DNA of 64,000 nucleotides from a virus. Positions 18,785 to 29,155 of the stretch are shown one piece after another. Where the stretch lies: positions 1-64,000 of IMG/VR virus record IMGVR_UViG_3300049783_000824, one strand, 5' to 3'. The notes beneath the pieces were generated by a model. The model was not told where the DNA came from. It did not search any database and was given only the letters and a program-made list of their open reading frames with translations. The position numbers were made by a program, and so were the translations under genes. Numbering within the stretch: the stretch's first letter is position 1; each line of letters starts with the position of its first letter.

Positions 18785-20275
18785 ATGGCTAATAATAAAC
18801 AACAAAAATTAATGATTCAGGATATGCTATCTTCATTAGATGTGTATGTCCGAACCGCTGGCATTCTACAACCAGCATATTTCGATGCAGGTTACGAACC
18901 AATTGTAAAATATATCCACGACTACTACGGTAAGTATAAGGCAACTCCCAGCATAGACCAATTGGATGCAAAATTCGATATAGAATTGGAAGAAACAAAG
19001 AAGATAACACGTGATCGGATAGAATATACCTGCGATGAGATAGAAAAGTTCTGCAGAGAAACAGCGGTTAAAGATGCATTTTATGAATCTCTTCAAGATA
19101 TTGAAGATGATAATATGTCTATAGTTTTAGAAAGGGTGTCAACAGCTGTAAAAATATCCCTACAAAAAGATACGGGTCTTGATGTATATGAAAATCCAGA
19201 GGAAACTCTTAACTCACTCATAGAACTATTTACTCCAATCCCAACCGGAATAGAAGGAATAGATGGGCCACTTGGTGGTGGGCTAGTTCGTAAGCAATTT
19301 ACCCTATTCTCTGCCAACTCAGGTGGTGGTAAATCACTTATGTTGGCAAATATAGGCCGCAACTACTCAGCTAGAGGTCTAAATGTATTATACATAACAT
19401 TAGAATTGGCTGAAGAGATGGTATATTTAAGAAACGCATCTATCATTTCTGGAATAGATGCTGCCATATGGAAGAATCACATACCTGAAATTGCAGCAAA
19501 GATAATAGAGAGTGATCCGAGGACAGGTGGTGGTTCGTACATCCTTAAACGGTTACCACAACAATCAAATGCATCTGACATGAGGGCGTATCTGGCACAC
19601 TATGAGGCCGAGTACGGGTGTGTGCCAGATGTAATGCTTGTGGACTATATCGACCTAATGGCACCCAACCGTGGAATCAGCAGTGTTGGTATATTTGAAC
19701 AGGATAAACAAAAGGCAGAAGAACTAAACGAAATATTCTTTGAGTTTGATATGATTGGAATATCCGCATCCCAGCAAAATAGAGATGCAATTAGCATAGG
19801 AACACCAAACCAATCTATTATTGCAGGTGGTATATCTAAGGTAAATACAGTCGATAATTATATTTCAATATTCATGGATGACATTATGCGCCTTGAGGGT
19901 ATAATGAATATATATTTCCTAAAAACTAGATCTAGCCGTGGGGTTGGTCATTGTTCACTATTAGACTTTAACCCATTAAACTTAAGAATTGGTGACCCAA
20001 AGGGTAATGTCAATAGGGGTGTTATGCCTGCTGGCCGCAAGGCAACCATATCCAATATACTTGATGATATTAATGGAGAAGCAAAGCCTAAGCAACCAAC
20101 CGACGTAAACATTGACCTTAAGGGGTTACCGGGGCTAGAAGATGATGACACTGCTGGAACGGTTTCTAATGCACCAGAAGAGCTATTTGACTCTGTGCCA
20201 CCAACGTTGCCTAAATCTAAGGTTACTGAAGAAAAGTCTAAGAATTTAATGGAATTGATGACAAGTTTACAATAA
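18785..20275 (+). CDS. gp41: Replicative DnaB-like helicase (gp41-like)
   Basis: Walker A ANSGGGKS, LYITLELAE, VDYIDLM, SASQQNR, KTRSSRG. Confidence 0.9.
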   Translation: MANNKQQKLMIQDMLSSLDVYVRTAGILQPAYFDAGYEPIVKYIHDYYGKYKATPSIDQLDAKFDIELEETKKITRDRIEYTCDEIEKFCRETAVKDAFYESLQDIEDDNMSIVLERVSTAVKISLQKDTGLDVYENPEETLNSLIELFTPIPTGIEGIDGPLGGGLVRKQFTLFSANSGGGKSLMLANIGRNYSARGLNVLYITLELAEEMVYLRNASIISGIDAAIWKNHIPEIAAKIIESDPRTGGGSYILKRLPQQSNASDMRAYLAHYEAEYGCVPDVMLVDYIDLMAPNRGISSVGIFEQDKQKAEELNEIFFEFDMIGISASQQNRDAISIGTPNQSIIAGGISKVNTVDNYISIFMDDIMRLEGIMNIYFLKTRSSRGVGHCSLLDFNPLNLRIGDPKGNVNRGVMPAGRKATISNILDDINGEAKPKQPTDVNIDLKGLPGLEDDDTAGTVSNAPEELFDSVPPTLPKSKVTEEKSKNLMELMTSLQ

Positions 20276-20568
20276 TGGAGAAAGTTATGATAGAATCGGA
20301 TAAAGTAAAAACAGTTACTGTTAACGGTGAGGGTGGGAAAGAAGTTACCCTATATCTCCCTGAGATGGAGACTGACCCCGTGCTGAAAGATGCAATTGCA
20401 CAATATGATGAAATTGTATCAGAGGCCACAAATATTGAATTCCAAAGAAATAAGATTAATATTGCACTATCAGCAATGAGGTCTAGGGTGTACGAGTGTG
20501 CTCTAGACTTTTATAAAAGAACGAGAACCAACACTACTGAGGAGTCAGAAAATGCCGACAATAGTTAA
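20275..20568 (+). CDS. Hypothetical protein
   Basis: Stop/start overlap with the helicase gene. Confidence 0.55.
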   Translation: MEKVMIESDKVKTVTVNGEGGKEVTLYLPEMETDPVLKDAIAQYDEIVSEATNIEFQRNKINIALSAMRSRVYECALDFYKRTRTNTTEESENADNS

Positions 20569-20794
20569 CTGTGTAAATAGGGCCGATAATGTTGAAATGT
20601 GCCCATGCCAACTTAAAATATATAAAGATAATGATTATGATCTTGAATCATGCGGAGATATAGAAAATATTCAATGCCTAATTCTAAACTTACCTAGGCT
20701 TGTGGATTTTGGTGAAGAGTATGAAAAATATGTAGACTGTAAGAAAGCTGAGATACTTTCATATCATTCTTGGTATGAACATACCTACGGGTGA
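20552..20794 (+). CDS. Small Cys-rich hypothetical protein
   Basis: GAGGAG SD; six Cys. Confidence 0.5.
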   Translation: MPTIVNCVNRADNVEMCPCQLKIYKDNDYDLESCGDIENIQCLILNLPRLVDFGEEYEKYVDCKKAEILSYHSWYEHTYG

Positions 20795-20812
20795 CATAAA
20801 GGATTGCTATAG

Positions 20813-20820
20813 TATAAATA
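20813..20820 (+). promoter_or_regulatory. Late promoter for small terminase
   Basis: Exact TATAAATA. Confidence 0.65.
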
Positions 20821-20848
20821 CCAATACAAACACAGTTAAGGTATTTAA

Positions 20849-21304
20849 ATGAGCAATAATGATAATAAGGTTACCAAAGTAATTGATCACCCATTGGAAG
20901 AGTTCTTTGGTATTGAACGGGGTTCAACTGAAGTCCAAGTATTCGAACGTAAGAATGAAGCTGTTAAATCAGAATATTACGATGATAAGGACAAAGAGAT
21001 AGATGATCAGTTTCAGGAAATTTATGATAGTGCTATGGATGGCTACGATGAGCTTGCAGAGGAGCTTCATAAGGTTGAGGGCAGATACAAGGCTCGTGTA
21101 GGTGAAGTGTCTGTACAGCATCTGAACGCAGCATTAAACGCAGCATCACATAAAGCAAGACTAAAGGAACATAAAGATAAATTGGAATCTAAATTAAAAT
21201 CTGGACCATCAAGTGTAACAACTAATAACACCTTAGTGGTGGACGATAGAAGTGCGCTATTAGAACAGTTGCGAAAAAGCATGGCTGGTGGTTCAGATGA
21301 GTAG
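20849..21304 (+). CDS. Terminase small subunit (gp16-like)
   Basis: Helical core plus C-terminal TTNNTLVV.DR..LL as in gp16; late promoter; upstream of terL. Confidence 0.65.
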   Translation: MSNNDNKVTKVIDHPLEEFFGIERGSTEVQVFERKNEAVKSEYYDDKDKEIDDQFQEIYDSAMDGYDELAEELHKVEGRYKARVGEVSVQHLNAALNAASHKARLKEHKDKLESKLKSGPSSVTTNNTLVVDDRSALLEQLRKSMAGGSDE

Positions 21305-22382
21305 TTTCCTAACAGAGGGGCGTAAACCAGAAACACAAGGTGTTCGTAATGAAGTTGCAAACTTTGTTTTGGCTTATTGCATAACAGCAATGTTTTTAAT
21401 AAAGAACCAAAACAATGAATTAAAGCCCATACACTTTTTTACTTTAGCACATGACTATTTTGGTAAGGGTAAAAAAAGTGTAAACTTTAATAGTATGGAA
21501 AGTGCATCATCAACCTACGACCAAATAACCTTGCGTGCTCCAGTTTCAGAAGAAGCAAGGAAGTTTATAAACGAAAAGATATTATCAAATGAAGAACAAG
21601 AATACCACATGGTTAGGTCAATAATCAAATATTTAAATGAAGACCCTAACTTTAATAACTTGGTAGCAACTACAACTAACAATGGAATAATAAATCATAT
21701 TGTAATCGACATAGATAATCTGTCAACATCAGGAGCATCTAGTAGTATACTAATTGATAATGCTAATGTTAATGTTACAAGTACATTAATACCAGTATAT
21801 GACTTCTCAAATAAGATAGGTGGTATTGGTCAGAAAGAACTGGCAAAGGATTATGGCTATGAATGCCAACGAACATTCCTAGAATCAATGTTTGGTATTG
21901 ACTTAGGGCATGATTCTGGTGTATACTATCAAGCAGCGCACAATAACGGGAAACCTAGTGTAGCTTCTATGGAAGCAGCAACTAGGCAAATGTATGATGA
22001 GTTTTGTAAGAAACTTAATAGCGGTTTGAGTGGAGCATATGACTCGGCACTTACTGATTTTAAACAAAACTTATTATCGTGTATGGTTGATAAGTGTTAT
22101 GGTACGGGTGACATGAGCGATGCATCCTGTTTATTGTTAAGTAATGATAAGGTTGGGTATGAAAGCTTTGTACCGTCACAGCTAATTAAATCATTATATA
22201 GCGGTACATTGCAAGCGAAATGTCCAAGTCATATCAACCCATCCATACGAATATGCGATGGTGATAAGAACGAACTATTTCAATTGCGTTTTAAGAAAGA
22301 GAAATATAAGGACAATATAACAGGGTATCGTTATAAGATGTACTTTACACCGTCGAAGGTGGGGAAATATTTTACTAACTAA
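21297..22382 (+). CDS. Hypothetical protein, candidate internal head protein
   Basis: N-terminus MSSFLTEG; no family confidently recognised. Confidence 0.55.
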   Translation: MSSFLTEGRKPETQGVRNEVANFVLAYCITAMFLIKNQNNELKPIHFFTLAHDYFGKGKKSVNFNSMESASSTYDQITLRAPVSEEARKFINEKILSNEEQEYHMVRSIIKYLNEDPNFNNLVATTTNNGIINHIVIDIDNLSTSGASSSILIDNANVNVTSTLIPVYDFSNKIGGIGQKELAKDYGYECQRTFLESMFGIDLGHDSGVYYQAAHNNGKPSVASMEAATRQMYDEFCKKLNSGLSGAYDSALTDFKQNLLSCMVDKCYGTGDMSDASCLLLSNDKVGYESFVPSQLIKSLYSGTLQAKCPSHINPSIRICDGDKNELFQLRFKKEKYKDNITGYRYKMYFTPSKVGKYFTN

Positions 22383-22393
22383 AGGGAATATAG

Positions 22394-24094
22394 ATGAGCA
22401 ATAGTGACGACAACAGTAACACGGCTTTTATAGCCAAGTACAAAGCAGCAATAAAGGCAAAATTAAATAGGCAGGAATTCGCAGCGTATCTTGGGATTAA
22501 ACCAGATAGTGTTATACGTCGAAGACTAAGCATATATACCGCAACTGGCCTAGACTTGCCACTACTTGAAAACTGTGTAGATTTTGATGATACTGTTGCT
22601 ATTGGCGTAGTTAAGGTTGAAAAATTCGAAGAGTTTTATAAGGATATCCTTTATAAGGATTCTGGCCCAGAAACTATTGATTTAACTTCATCATCAGATA
22701 AAAAAATATACATTATAACTGCTGCTCAAAATGCAACACCAATACACGAACCATTCTTTGCTGCATTGTTAAAGTATTGTGAATTGCGCGATGCCGAGTT
22801 GATGGTTATCCCCTATCGTTATAAAAACCCAACGTCTTTATGGTCAGATACTAATAAGGGCGGTGAGTGGTGGTTTTCATCATTGGAACCTTACCTTGTA
22901 GACACTAAAGTTAAGATCACTAAATCTCTACAAATGTTGGGTCAGATTAAAACACAACCAACAGCGGTAACCCCACTTTCAGGGTTCGACGCATTCACTG
23001 GTTCTGACTCTGCAATTTTAGGTCACCCTAAGGTTCAGTTAAAAACTATTGCTACCCCAAGCAAACAAATGCCAAAAATTCTAACTACAACTGGTGCATG
23101 TACTGTTGAAAACTATACGGACAGTAAAGCTGGCCATAAAGGTAGGTTCCACCATAACATAAGTGCATTGGTTGTGGAAGTGGATGGTGATAAGTTCCAC
23201 CTGCGCCACGTACATGGCGAAGACGACGGTTCTTTCTATGATCTCCAGTATCACTATACCCCAAGGGGAAGAAGCCTCTACGGGCGTGTAGCAGCGTTTG
23301 TACCGGGAGACATCCATGCCGAATTTGTGGATAAGTCTGTAGAGAGGGCAATGTTTGGTGAGGGTTCTATCTGTGATGTGTTAAACCCTGAAACTATAGC
23401 ATACCATGACATTGAAGATTTCTATAGAAGAAACCACCACCATAATGGTAATGATGTAATTGCATTTGGAAAACACCATTACGGTAGAAATAATGTAGAA
23501 GAAGGTTTACAGATGTCTGCCGACTTTATCGATAGGAATGCACGACCAGATACCATGAACCTTATTGTTAGGGCAAACCACGATGAGGCATTTGATCGGT
23601 GGTTGGCTGATGCAGACCCAAAATATGATCCAGAAAACGCAAGGTTTTATTATTATATGAAATTCCACCAGTTGGATAGTGTAGCTATGACCGATACAGG
23701 CTTCTCATACATAGATGCGTTTGAATTCTGGTGTAACAATCCACTAGACCAACTTGGAATACAAAAGAACGATAACGTTGTATTTTTAAAGCGAGATGAA
23801 AGCTTTGTAGTCGCTGGCATTGAGATTGGGTTTCACGGTGATAAGGGTATAAATGGTAGTCGTGGTAGTGCACAAGCATTTTCCAAAATTGGACCTAAGA
23901 CTATTATTGGACATAGCCACTCACCATCCATCACTGAGGGGTGCTATCAGGTTGGGTTAAGTGCACAGATTAATTTGGAATATGCAAGTGGCCCATCAAG
24001 TTGGTTGCATTCACATTGTGTGGTGTATCCCAATGGCTCACGAGTATTATTAAACGTCATAGATGGTGATTGGCGTGGAATTTATGATGAGTAG
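22394..24094 (+). CDS. T5 A1-like calcineurin-type metallophosphoesterase/nuclease with N-terminal HTH
   Basis: ITAAQN, GHPKVQL, TTGACT..NY...KAG, GDIH, ANHDE, FHGDKGINGSRGS, IGHSHSP; HTH RQEFAAYLGIKPDSV. Confidence 0.7.
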   Translation: MSNSDDNSNTAFIAKYKAAIKAKLNRQEFAAYLGIKPDSVIRRRLSIYTATGLDLPLLENCVDFDDTVAIGVVKVEKFEEFYKDILYKDSGPETIDLTSSSDKKIYIITAAQNATPIHEPFFAALLKYCELRDAELMVIPYRYKNPTSLWSDTNKGGEWWFSSLEPYLVDTKVKITKSLQMLGQIKTQPTAVTPLSGFDAFTGSDSAILGHPKVQLKTIATPSKQMPKILTTTGACTVENYTDSKAGHKGRFHHNISALVVEVDGDKFHLRHVHGEDDGSFYDLQYHYTPRGRSLYGRVAAFVPGDIHAEFVDKSVERAMFGEGSICDVLNPETIAYHDIEDFYRRNHHHNGNDVIAFGKHHYGRNNVEEGLQMSADFIDRNARPDTMNLIVRANHDEAFDRWLADADPKYDPENARFYYYMKFHQLDSVAMTDTGFSYIDAFEFWCNNPLDQLGIQKNDNVVFLKRDESFVVAGIEIGFHGDKGINGSRGSAQAFSKIGPKTIIGHSHSPSITEGCYQVGLSAQINLEYASGPSSWLHSHCVVYPNGSRVLLNVIDGDWRGIYDE

Positions 24095-24113
24095 TTCGCA
24101 CTAATATACATCA

Positions 24114-24121
24114 TATAAATA
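24114..24121 (+). promoter_or_regulatory. Late promoter for large terminase
   Basis: Exact TATAAATA. Confidence 0.65.
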
Positions 24122-24143
24122 CTATGTATCGAGGATATGTAGT

Positions 24144-25685
24144 ATGCGCAGAGGTAACCCCAATCTTAAAAAAGCCCACCAGACAATGGAGGTTACCTAT
24201 GAGCAGATAGAAGAGTTAAAGAAGTGTATGCGAGATCCTAAGTACTTCATTAGGAGGTACATATACATAAGCCACCCGGTACAAGGTCGTATAAAGTTTA
24301 ATTTATATGATTACCAAGAAGATTTAATAGATTCTTACCATAACAATCGATTTAATGTTGTGTTATCAGCACGCCAAACGGGAAAGACTGAAACTTCATG
24401 TGCTTACATTCTATGGTACACTATATTTAACTCAGATAAAACCGTACTTGTAGTATCTAAGGATGCGGATGCTGCAAAGGAAATCATTAAAAAGATACAG
24501 GGTATGTATGAAGAGCTTCCACTATGGCTTAAGCCCGGAATACAAGATGATGACTGGAATAAGCACAATGCTGCATTTGATAACAATTCAAGAATAGTAG
24601 CTAGAACAACCACACCTACTTCTGGTCGTGGTCTAGCTATTTCCCTATTATACTGTGATGAGCTTGCGTTTGTTAAGCCTTATATTCAAAATGAATTCTG
24701 GGATTCAGTATTCCCAACACTGTCTACTGGTGGTTCTTGTATTGTTACATCAACACCAAACGGTGATACAAACTTGTATGCTACAATATGGCGTGGTGGT
24801 GAGGCAGAGACTAATGGCTTTAAAGCATCTAGGATATACTGGGATCAACCGCCGGGACGAGATGAAGAATTTAAAGAGGATATGATATCTAAACTTGGGG
24901 AAAGGAAGTGGCTTCAGGAATTTGAATGTGAATTCATATCATCTGACAACTCACTGTTCGATACTAGGATAATTCAGATAGAACAGAAGCGATTTGAAAA
25001 TATGAAACCAGCATTTTCAATGAACGGTGAGCAAGATTTCTTTAAACCATTGTCACAAGATATGATATACTTAGTTGGTGTTGACCCATCTACCGGCAAC
25101 GGAAATGATTTCTCAACAATTGAGGTATTTGAATTTCCATCTATGCAACAGGTTATGGAATTCAGGTCAAATACCGTAAGTGAGGTTGTATTATACTCAC
25201 ATCTAAAGAAAGTGATAGGGTTCTTGGAAAAGTATTCTAATGATGTTTACTTCAGTGTAGAGTCAAATGGTGTAGGTAGGGCACTGATAGCATTATACAT
25301 GCAGGATGAGGCACCACCAATGTACGCACACTTTATGAGTGAAGCTGGTAAGAATAAGATGGGTTACACTACCACCAATACGTCTAAAAAAGATTGTGCT
25401 ATAAGATTTAAGAATATGTTTGAGCGTAGGGAGATGACTATATACTCACAAATCCTGTATAATGAAATGAAGGCGTATATCCGCAAGGGGGAAGGGTTTG
25501 AGGCCCAAACGGGAGCAACTGATGACTGTATATCAGCAGTGTACGTTGTAATGCGTATGCTGGATGAGATTGCACTGTATGACCCCAGAGCATATGACAA
25601 ATTATATAGGTTTTCAGAGCAGGCAGCGGGTGATGAATGGTATACCGAAGACAATAATGCACCAATACCCGGTGGAATGTTTTAA
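24144..25685 (+). CDS. gp17: Terminase large subunit (T4 gp17-like)
   Basis: DPKYF, LYDYQ, ARQTGKT, LLYCDELAFV, TSTPNG, QEFECEF, GVDPSTG, DDCISA. Confidence 0.95.
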   Translation: MRRGNPNLKKAHQTMEVTYEQIEELKKCMRDPKYFIRRYIYISHPVQGRIKFNLYDYQEDLIDSYHNNRFNVVLSARQTGKTETSCAYILWYTIFNSDKTVLVVSKDADAAKEIIKKIQGMYEELPLWLKPGIQDDDWNKHNAAFDNNSRIVARTTTPTSGRGLAISLLYCDELAFVKPYIQNEFWDSVFPTLSTGGSCIVTSTPNGDTNLYATIWRGGEAETNGFKASRIYWDQPPGRDEEFKEDMISKLGERKWLQEFECEFISSDNSLFDTRIIQIEQKRFENMKPAFSMNGEQDFFKPLSQDMIYLVGVDPSTGNGNDFSTIEVFEFPSMQQVMEFRSNTVSEVVLYSHLKKVIGFLEKYSNDVYFSVESNGVGRALIALYMQDEAPPMYAHFMSEAGKNKMGYTTTNTSKKDCAIRFKNMFERREMTIYSQILYNEMKAYIRKGEGFEAQTGATDDCISAVYVVMRMLDEIALYDPRAYDKLYRFSEQAAGDEWYTEDNNAPIPGGMF

Positions 25686-25702
25686 GTTTGATAAATACAG
25701 TA

Positions 25703-26230
25703 ATGTGTGATATAATAATACAAGATAGTACATTGATTGAAGCAACTTTAAGTGATTTGCATAACAACACTGTTAGCAATTTTGATACTCCACGACAGAC
25801 AACTGCCGGTAGAGTACAAGTAACTCAAAAGATTTTCAATGCAATGCCAAGAAATTCTATAGTAGGGGTGACCGCTAAGACTCGCTCCAGTGCTAAAGAA
25901 TACGTAACTCGTATGTTGTTTTCTAACATTGAGTACGTAGAAGAGGAAGGTGTAGACACATCTACATTTACTTCTGCTGATGGTACTGACTATGTAGTTG
26001 GTGCTATGGGTTATCGAGATAACGATGTTAAGGTTGGATGTAACTGTCTTGACTTTTATTATCGTTTTGCTGTATGGAATAGCAAAGAGGGTAGTCTGCT
26101 GGGAAGCGTACCACCACCCTATGTTAAGAAAACAGATAGCGAACCAGCCAACCCCAATCAAGTGTCGGGGATGTGCAAACATCTTATCGCACTGACGGAT
26201 GAGCTAAAAAGAGAAAGATTCTTAAAGTAA
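25703..26230 (+). CDS. SWIM-type zinc-finger protein
   Basis: VGCNCLDF...GMCKHL (CxC...CxH); GATAAATA at 25690. Confidence 0.65.
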   Translation: MCDIIIQDSTLIEATLSDLHNNTVSNFDTPRQTTAGRVQVTQKIFNAMPRNSIVGVTAKTRSSAKEYVTRMLFSNIEYVEEEGVDTSTFTSADGTDYVVGAMGYRDNDVKVGCNCLDFYYRFAVWNSKEGSLLGSVPPPYVKKTDSEPANPNQVSGMCKHLIALTDELKRERFLK

Positions 26231-26242
26231 TCATTTAAAGTG

Positions 26243-26270
26243 TTGATAATTATAAGGAGCATCGTATAAT
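26243..26270 (+). promoter_or_regulatory. Sigma70-like promoter for the SSB/recombination cluster
   Basis: TTGATA-16 nt-TATAAT. Confidence 0.55.
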
Positions 26271-26297
26271 GACCCCATTACCGATATCCTTCAAGAT

Positions 26298-26338
26298 ATA
26301 TAAAGTAATATAAAGTAATATAAAGTAATATAAAGTAA
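26298..26338 (+). repeat. 10-bp tandem repeat (ATATAAAGTA)x4 in the SSB leader
   Basis: Directly visible; ends about 13 nt before the TAAGGAG SD. Confidence 0.9.
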
Positions 26339-26365
26339 ACTAAGAAACCTATAAGGAGAAGTAAG

Positions 26366-27400
26366 ATGGCAAGACGTTCATTAAAAGATCTACGTGAGCA
26401 CATTAGTAAATCTGCAAATAATGGCAACAACACAGGTGGGCAATTCTATCCACACTGGAAACTACCAAAGGATGGCGAAACCAGAATTCGGATCACAGAA
26501 GATCCTGATGAAGAGAACCCGTTCATTGCGTACATTGAATACATGGAACACAAACTTGAAGTTGACACTGATCGTGCAAACGCTGAAAGTGATTGGATTA
26601 GAGTACCATGTATTAAAAACTTGGGTAAAAACCACAACTGTCCACTATGTGAACATTCAAGCAAGCTGTATAAGGCAAAAGATGAGGATGCTGGTAAGTA
26701 CTTTTACCGCGAATTATTTGCTCTTCTTCGTGGTGTTGTTGTAGAAGATGGCCTTGAGTATGCAGAAGGTGAAGAAACTCAAACGGGTAAAGAGCTAGTA
26801 TTCAAATTCAGCTACCAGTTGAGCAATGCACTTAAAAGCGAGATGGGAAAGCTAGATGATGACGATATGTTTTGGGATTTGGAAGAAGGCATAGACTTTA
26901 TTATCCAAAAGAAAATGGTTAAGGGTAAAGGCGATAAGGAATATGGGAAGTATGACGTTGGTAGCAGCTTTGCTAGACGACCAAGTGACGTTTCTCAATA
27001 TAAGAATGCTGTTACTGATCAACCATTGTCGGCTCTTATCCCAGAAATCCCATCATATGATGAGGCAGCTGCTGCACTAGCTAGACACTTTAAGTTTAAG
27101 TCTGGTGGTGCTGGCCAATCATCTGGCGATGACGATGACGATAACTCAACCAGCGAAGACGAATTGATGGCACAAATCAACCGTAAGCGCCGGGATAAGA
27201 AGAAAGTTGTAGAAGAGGAAGCACCCGTGAAGGCTGCTAAATCTAAAGTGGTCGAAGACGAGAAAGATGAAGAGGATTTTGATGACATCCCTTTTGATAA
27301 AGAAGATGCTGATGATTCCGATGACAGCATTTTAGATTCTCTTCGTGACGATGACGATGATGATGACGATGATGATATCCTTTCTCAACTGAAAGGGTAA
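26366..27400 (+). CDS. gp32: Single-stranded DNA-binding protein (gp32-like)
   Basis: Basic N-terminus, FYPHWKL...RIR, VPC...NCPLCE zinc site, EGIDF, YDVGSSF, very acidic tail ending DILSQLKG. Confidence 0.85.
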   Translation: MARRSLKDLREHISKSANNGNNTGGQFYPHWKLPKDGETRIRITEDPDEENPFIAYIEYMEHKLEVDTDRANAESDWIRVPCIKNLGKNHNCPLCEHSSKLYKAKDEDAGKYFYRELFALLRGVVVEDGLEYAEGEETQTGKELVFKFSYQLSNALKSEMGKLDDDDMFWDLEEGIDFIIQKKMVKGKGDKEYGKYDVGSSFARRPSDVSQYKNAVTDQPLSALIPEIPSYDEAAAALARHFKFKSGGAGQSSGDDDDDNSTSEDELMAQINRKRRDKKKVVEEEAPVKAAKSKVVEDEKDEEDFDDIPFDKEDADDSDDSILDSLRDDDDDDDDDDILSQLKG

Positions 27401-27420
27401 AATCTAGTCGGAAACCATAT

Positions 27421-27444
27421 GGGTGTGGTGTAAAAGCCACACTC
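27421..27444 (+). terminator. Stem-loop after SSB (terminator or mRNA stabiliser)
   Basis: GGGTGTGG...CCACACTC; weak U-tract. Confidence 0.45.
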
Positions 27445-27481
27445 ATTCTATATCATAAATCTTATAAGGAGAATAATACTA

Positions 27482-28588
27482 ATGTCATCATTTATGGAAA
27501 AATATAAAAAGAACTTGGCCAAGCAAGATGGCCTTAATTTAGAACTACTACCCCCAACATATTTCTTAAACACTGGCAACTATGCCTTGAATAAGCTTAT
27601 GACTGGCGACTTTGAAGGTGGAATTCCACAGGGAAGACTGGCATGCTTCTCAGGACATTCTAGCTCTGGTAAGAGTTTGGTAGCTGCCAGCACCATTGCC
27701 CAAATCATCAAGGATGGTGGATATGGTTTTGTTATAGATTCGGAAACCTCTCTGGACTCTGCGTTTATGACAAACTGTGGTGTTGATGTTGACAGCCCCA
27801 ACTATCAGTATATTGGTGTTGATGGAATTCCACAAGCAACTGCACAAGTTAATAACATACTTAAAATGTATCGAGAAACAGGTGAAACCACACGTGGTCT
27901 TATCGTAGTCGATTCGCTTGATATGTTATTAACTGATACTGAACAGAAGCGATTGGATTCTAAGGGAGATATCGGTGGTGACCAAGGACAACAGGCCAAG
28001 CAACTGAAGGCCACACTTAAGACTTGGGTACACTCACTCAACAATCTACCTGTAAGCATCATATGCACTAAACAGCCATACGTTGAGCAAGACCCAATTA
28101 AGGCACTTGAGAACCCATGGAAAATTACGGAATCTTTGAAGTTTGCATTCAGCCAAATCATTATGTTTGAAAAACTGCAATTCAAAAAAGAAGAGAATGG
28201 TAAAAAATCTCATAGGGGATTTACCCTTAAGAGCGTATCATACAAAAACCGTATTGGTCGTGAAAAGCAAGTTGTTAAGATTGAAATTCCTTTTGATCAT
28301 GGTGTTGAGCCATTCTCAGGGTTAATTGAGATTGCAACTGAGTTTGGTATCATCAGTAAAAATGGTGGGTGGTATACACCAGTAGCATTTGAAGGTCCAA
28401 AGTTCCAGCAGGGTAAAGCCGAAGGGGATATCGACTTCATGAACGTGTTATTAGAGCAGATTAAATCTGTCAATAATAAGGACATGGAAGTAAATGCAGC
28501 ACTTGATGACTACGTAAGTGAATCTGAAAAAGGTGAACCAACACGTAAAGCACGCGCAGCACGCAATGTTCCACCGGGTGATGAGTAA
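27482..28588 (+). CDS. uvsX: RecA-like recombinase
   Basis: TGNYALN, GHSSSGKS, IDSE, IVVDSL, GDQGQQAK, KNGGWY. Confidence 0.9.
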   Translation: MSSFMEKYKKNLAKQDGLNLELLPPTYFLNTGNYALNKLMTGDFEGGIPQGRLACFSGHSSSGKSLVAASTIAQIIKDGGYGFVIDSETSLDSAFMTNCGVDVDSPNYQYIGVDGIPQATAQVNNILKMYRETGETTRGLIVVDSLDMLLTDTEQKRLDSKGDIGGDQGQQAKQLKATLKTWVHSLNNLPVSIICTKQPYVEQDPIKALENPWKITESLKFAFSQIIMFEKLQFKKEENGKKSHRGFTLKSVSYKNRIGREKQVVKIEIPFDHGVEPFSGLIEIATEFGIISKNGGWYTPVAFEGPKFQQGKAEGDIDFMNVLLEQIKSVNNKDMEVNAALDDYVSESEKGEPTRKARAARNVPPGDE

Positions 28589-29155
28589 ATGTCTGTTAAG
28601 AAAATGCTGGACGCCAAGGATGAGTTTGAATTACAAATCCTTAGTAACTATAAAAATATCCTAGACGATGTTTTTAAGTTCACTTATAAAGTTGATGGGC
28701 GAGTTAACTGGGAGAGAATCACTAGATTCTCCCCCAGTAGTAACTTTGTATCCGTTAGCGGAATAGCTGAGTTACCAGATGATTATGTTATAGTAGACGA
28801 GAATGATAAGGAAACACAAATGCCCGTGAACTTTATTATCCCTATAGTAGCATTGGATGATGGTTCAACTGCAAGTGATATATCAAAGCACGCTCAGCGT
28901 ATAGGTACATTCCGGGCAATATTGGGTAATGATGTGGATGCCTACTTTGATATACTTACTGATGCCGAATCAACTATGGATGATGTTAATAGAATTGTAA
29001 ATAAATATGACGCTTCTGAGGATGTACCATTATCTGCAAAAATTGTACCTATTTTTACCAAAGATACACCAATTCTAGTGGGCTTTGACATGGATGAACT
29101 TACGGATGAGCAATTAACATCATTAGCCCTACATACTGAAATATCAAAACAATGA
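28589..29155 (+). CDS. Hypothetical protein
   Basis: Directly abuts uvsX. Confidence 0.6.
   Translation: MSVKKMLDAKDEFELQILSNYKNILDDVFKFTYKVDGRVNWERITRFSPSSNFVSVSGIAELPDDYVIVDENDKETQMPVNFIIPIVALDDGSTASDISKHAQRIGTFRAILGNDVDAYFDILTDAESTMDDVNRIVNKYDASEDVPLSAKIVPIFTKDTPILVGFDMDELTDEQLTSLALHTEISKQ

Noticed and set aside
26298-26338. Tandem repeat read as replication iterons or mini-CRISPR
   Set aside because: No spacers or initiator gene; its position in the SSB leader fits a translational operator better.
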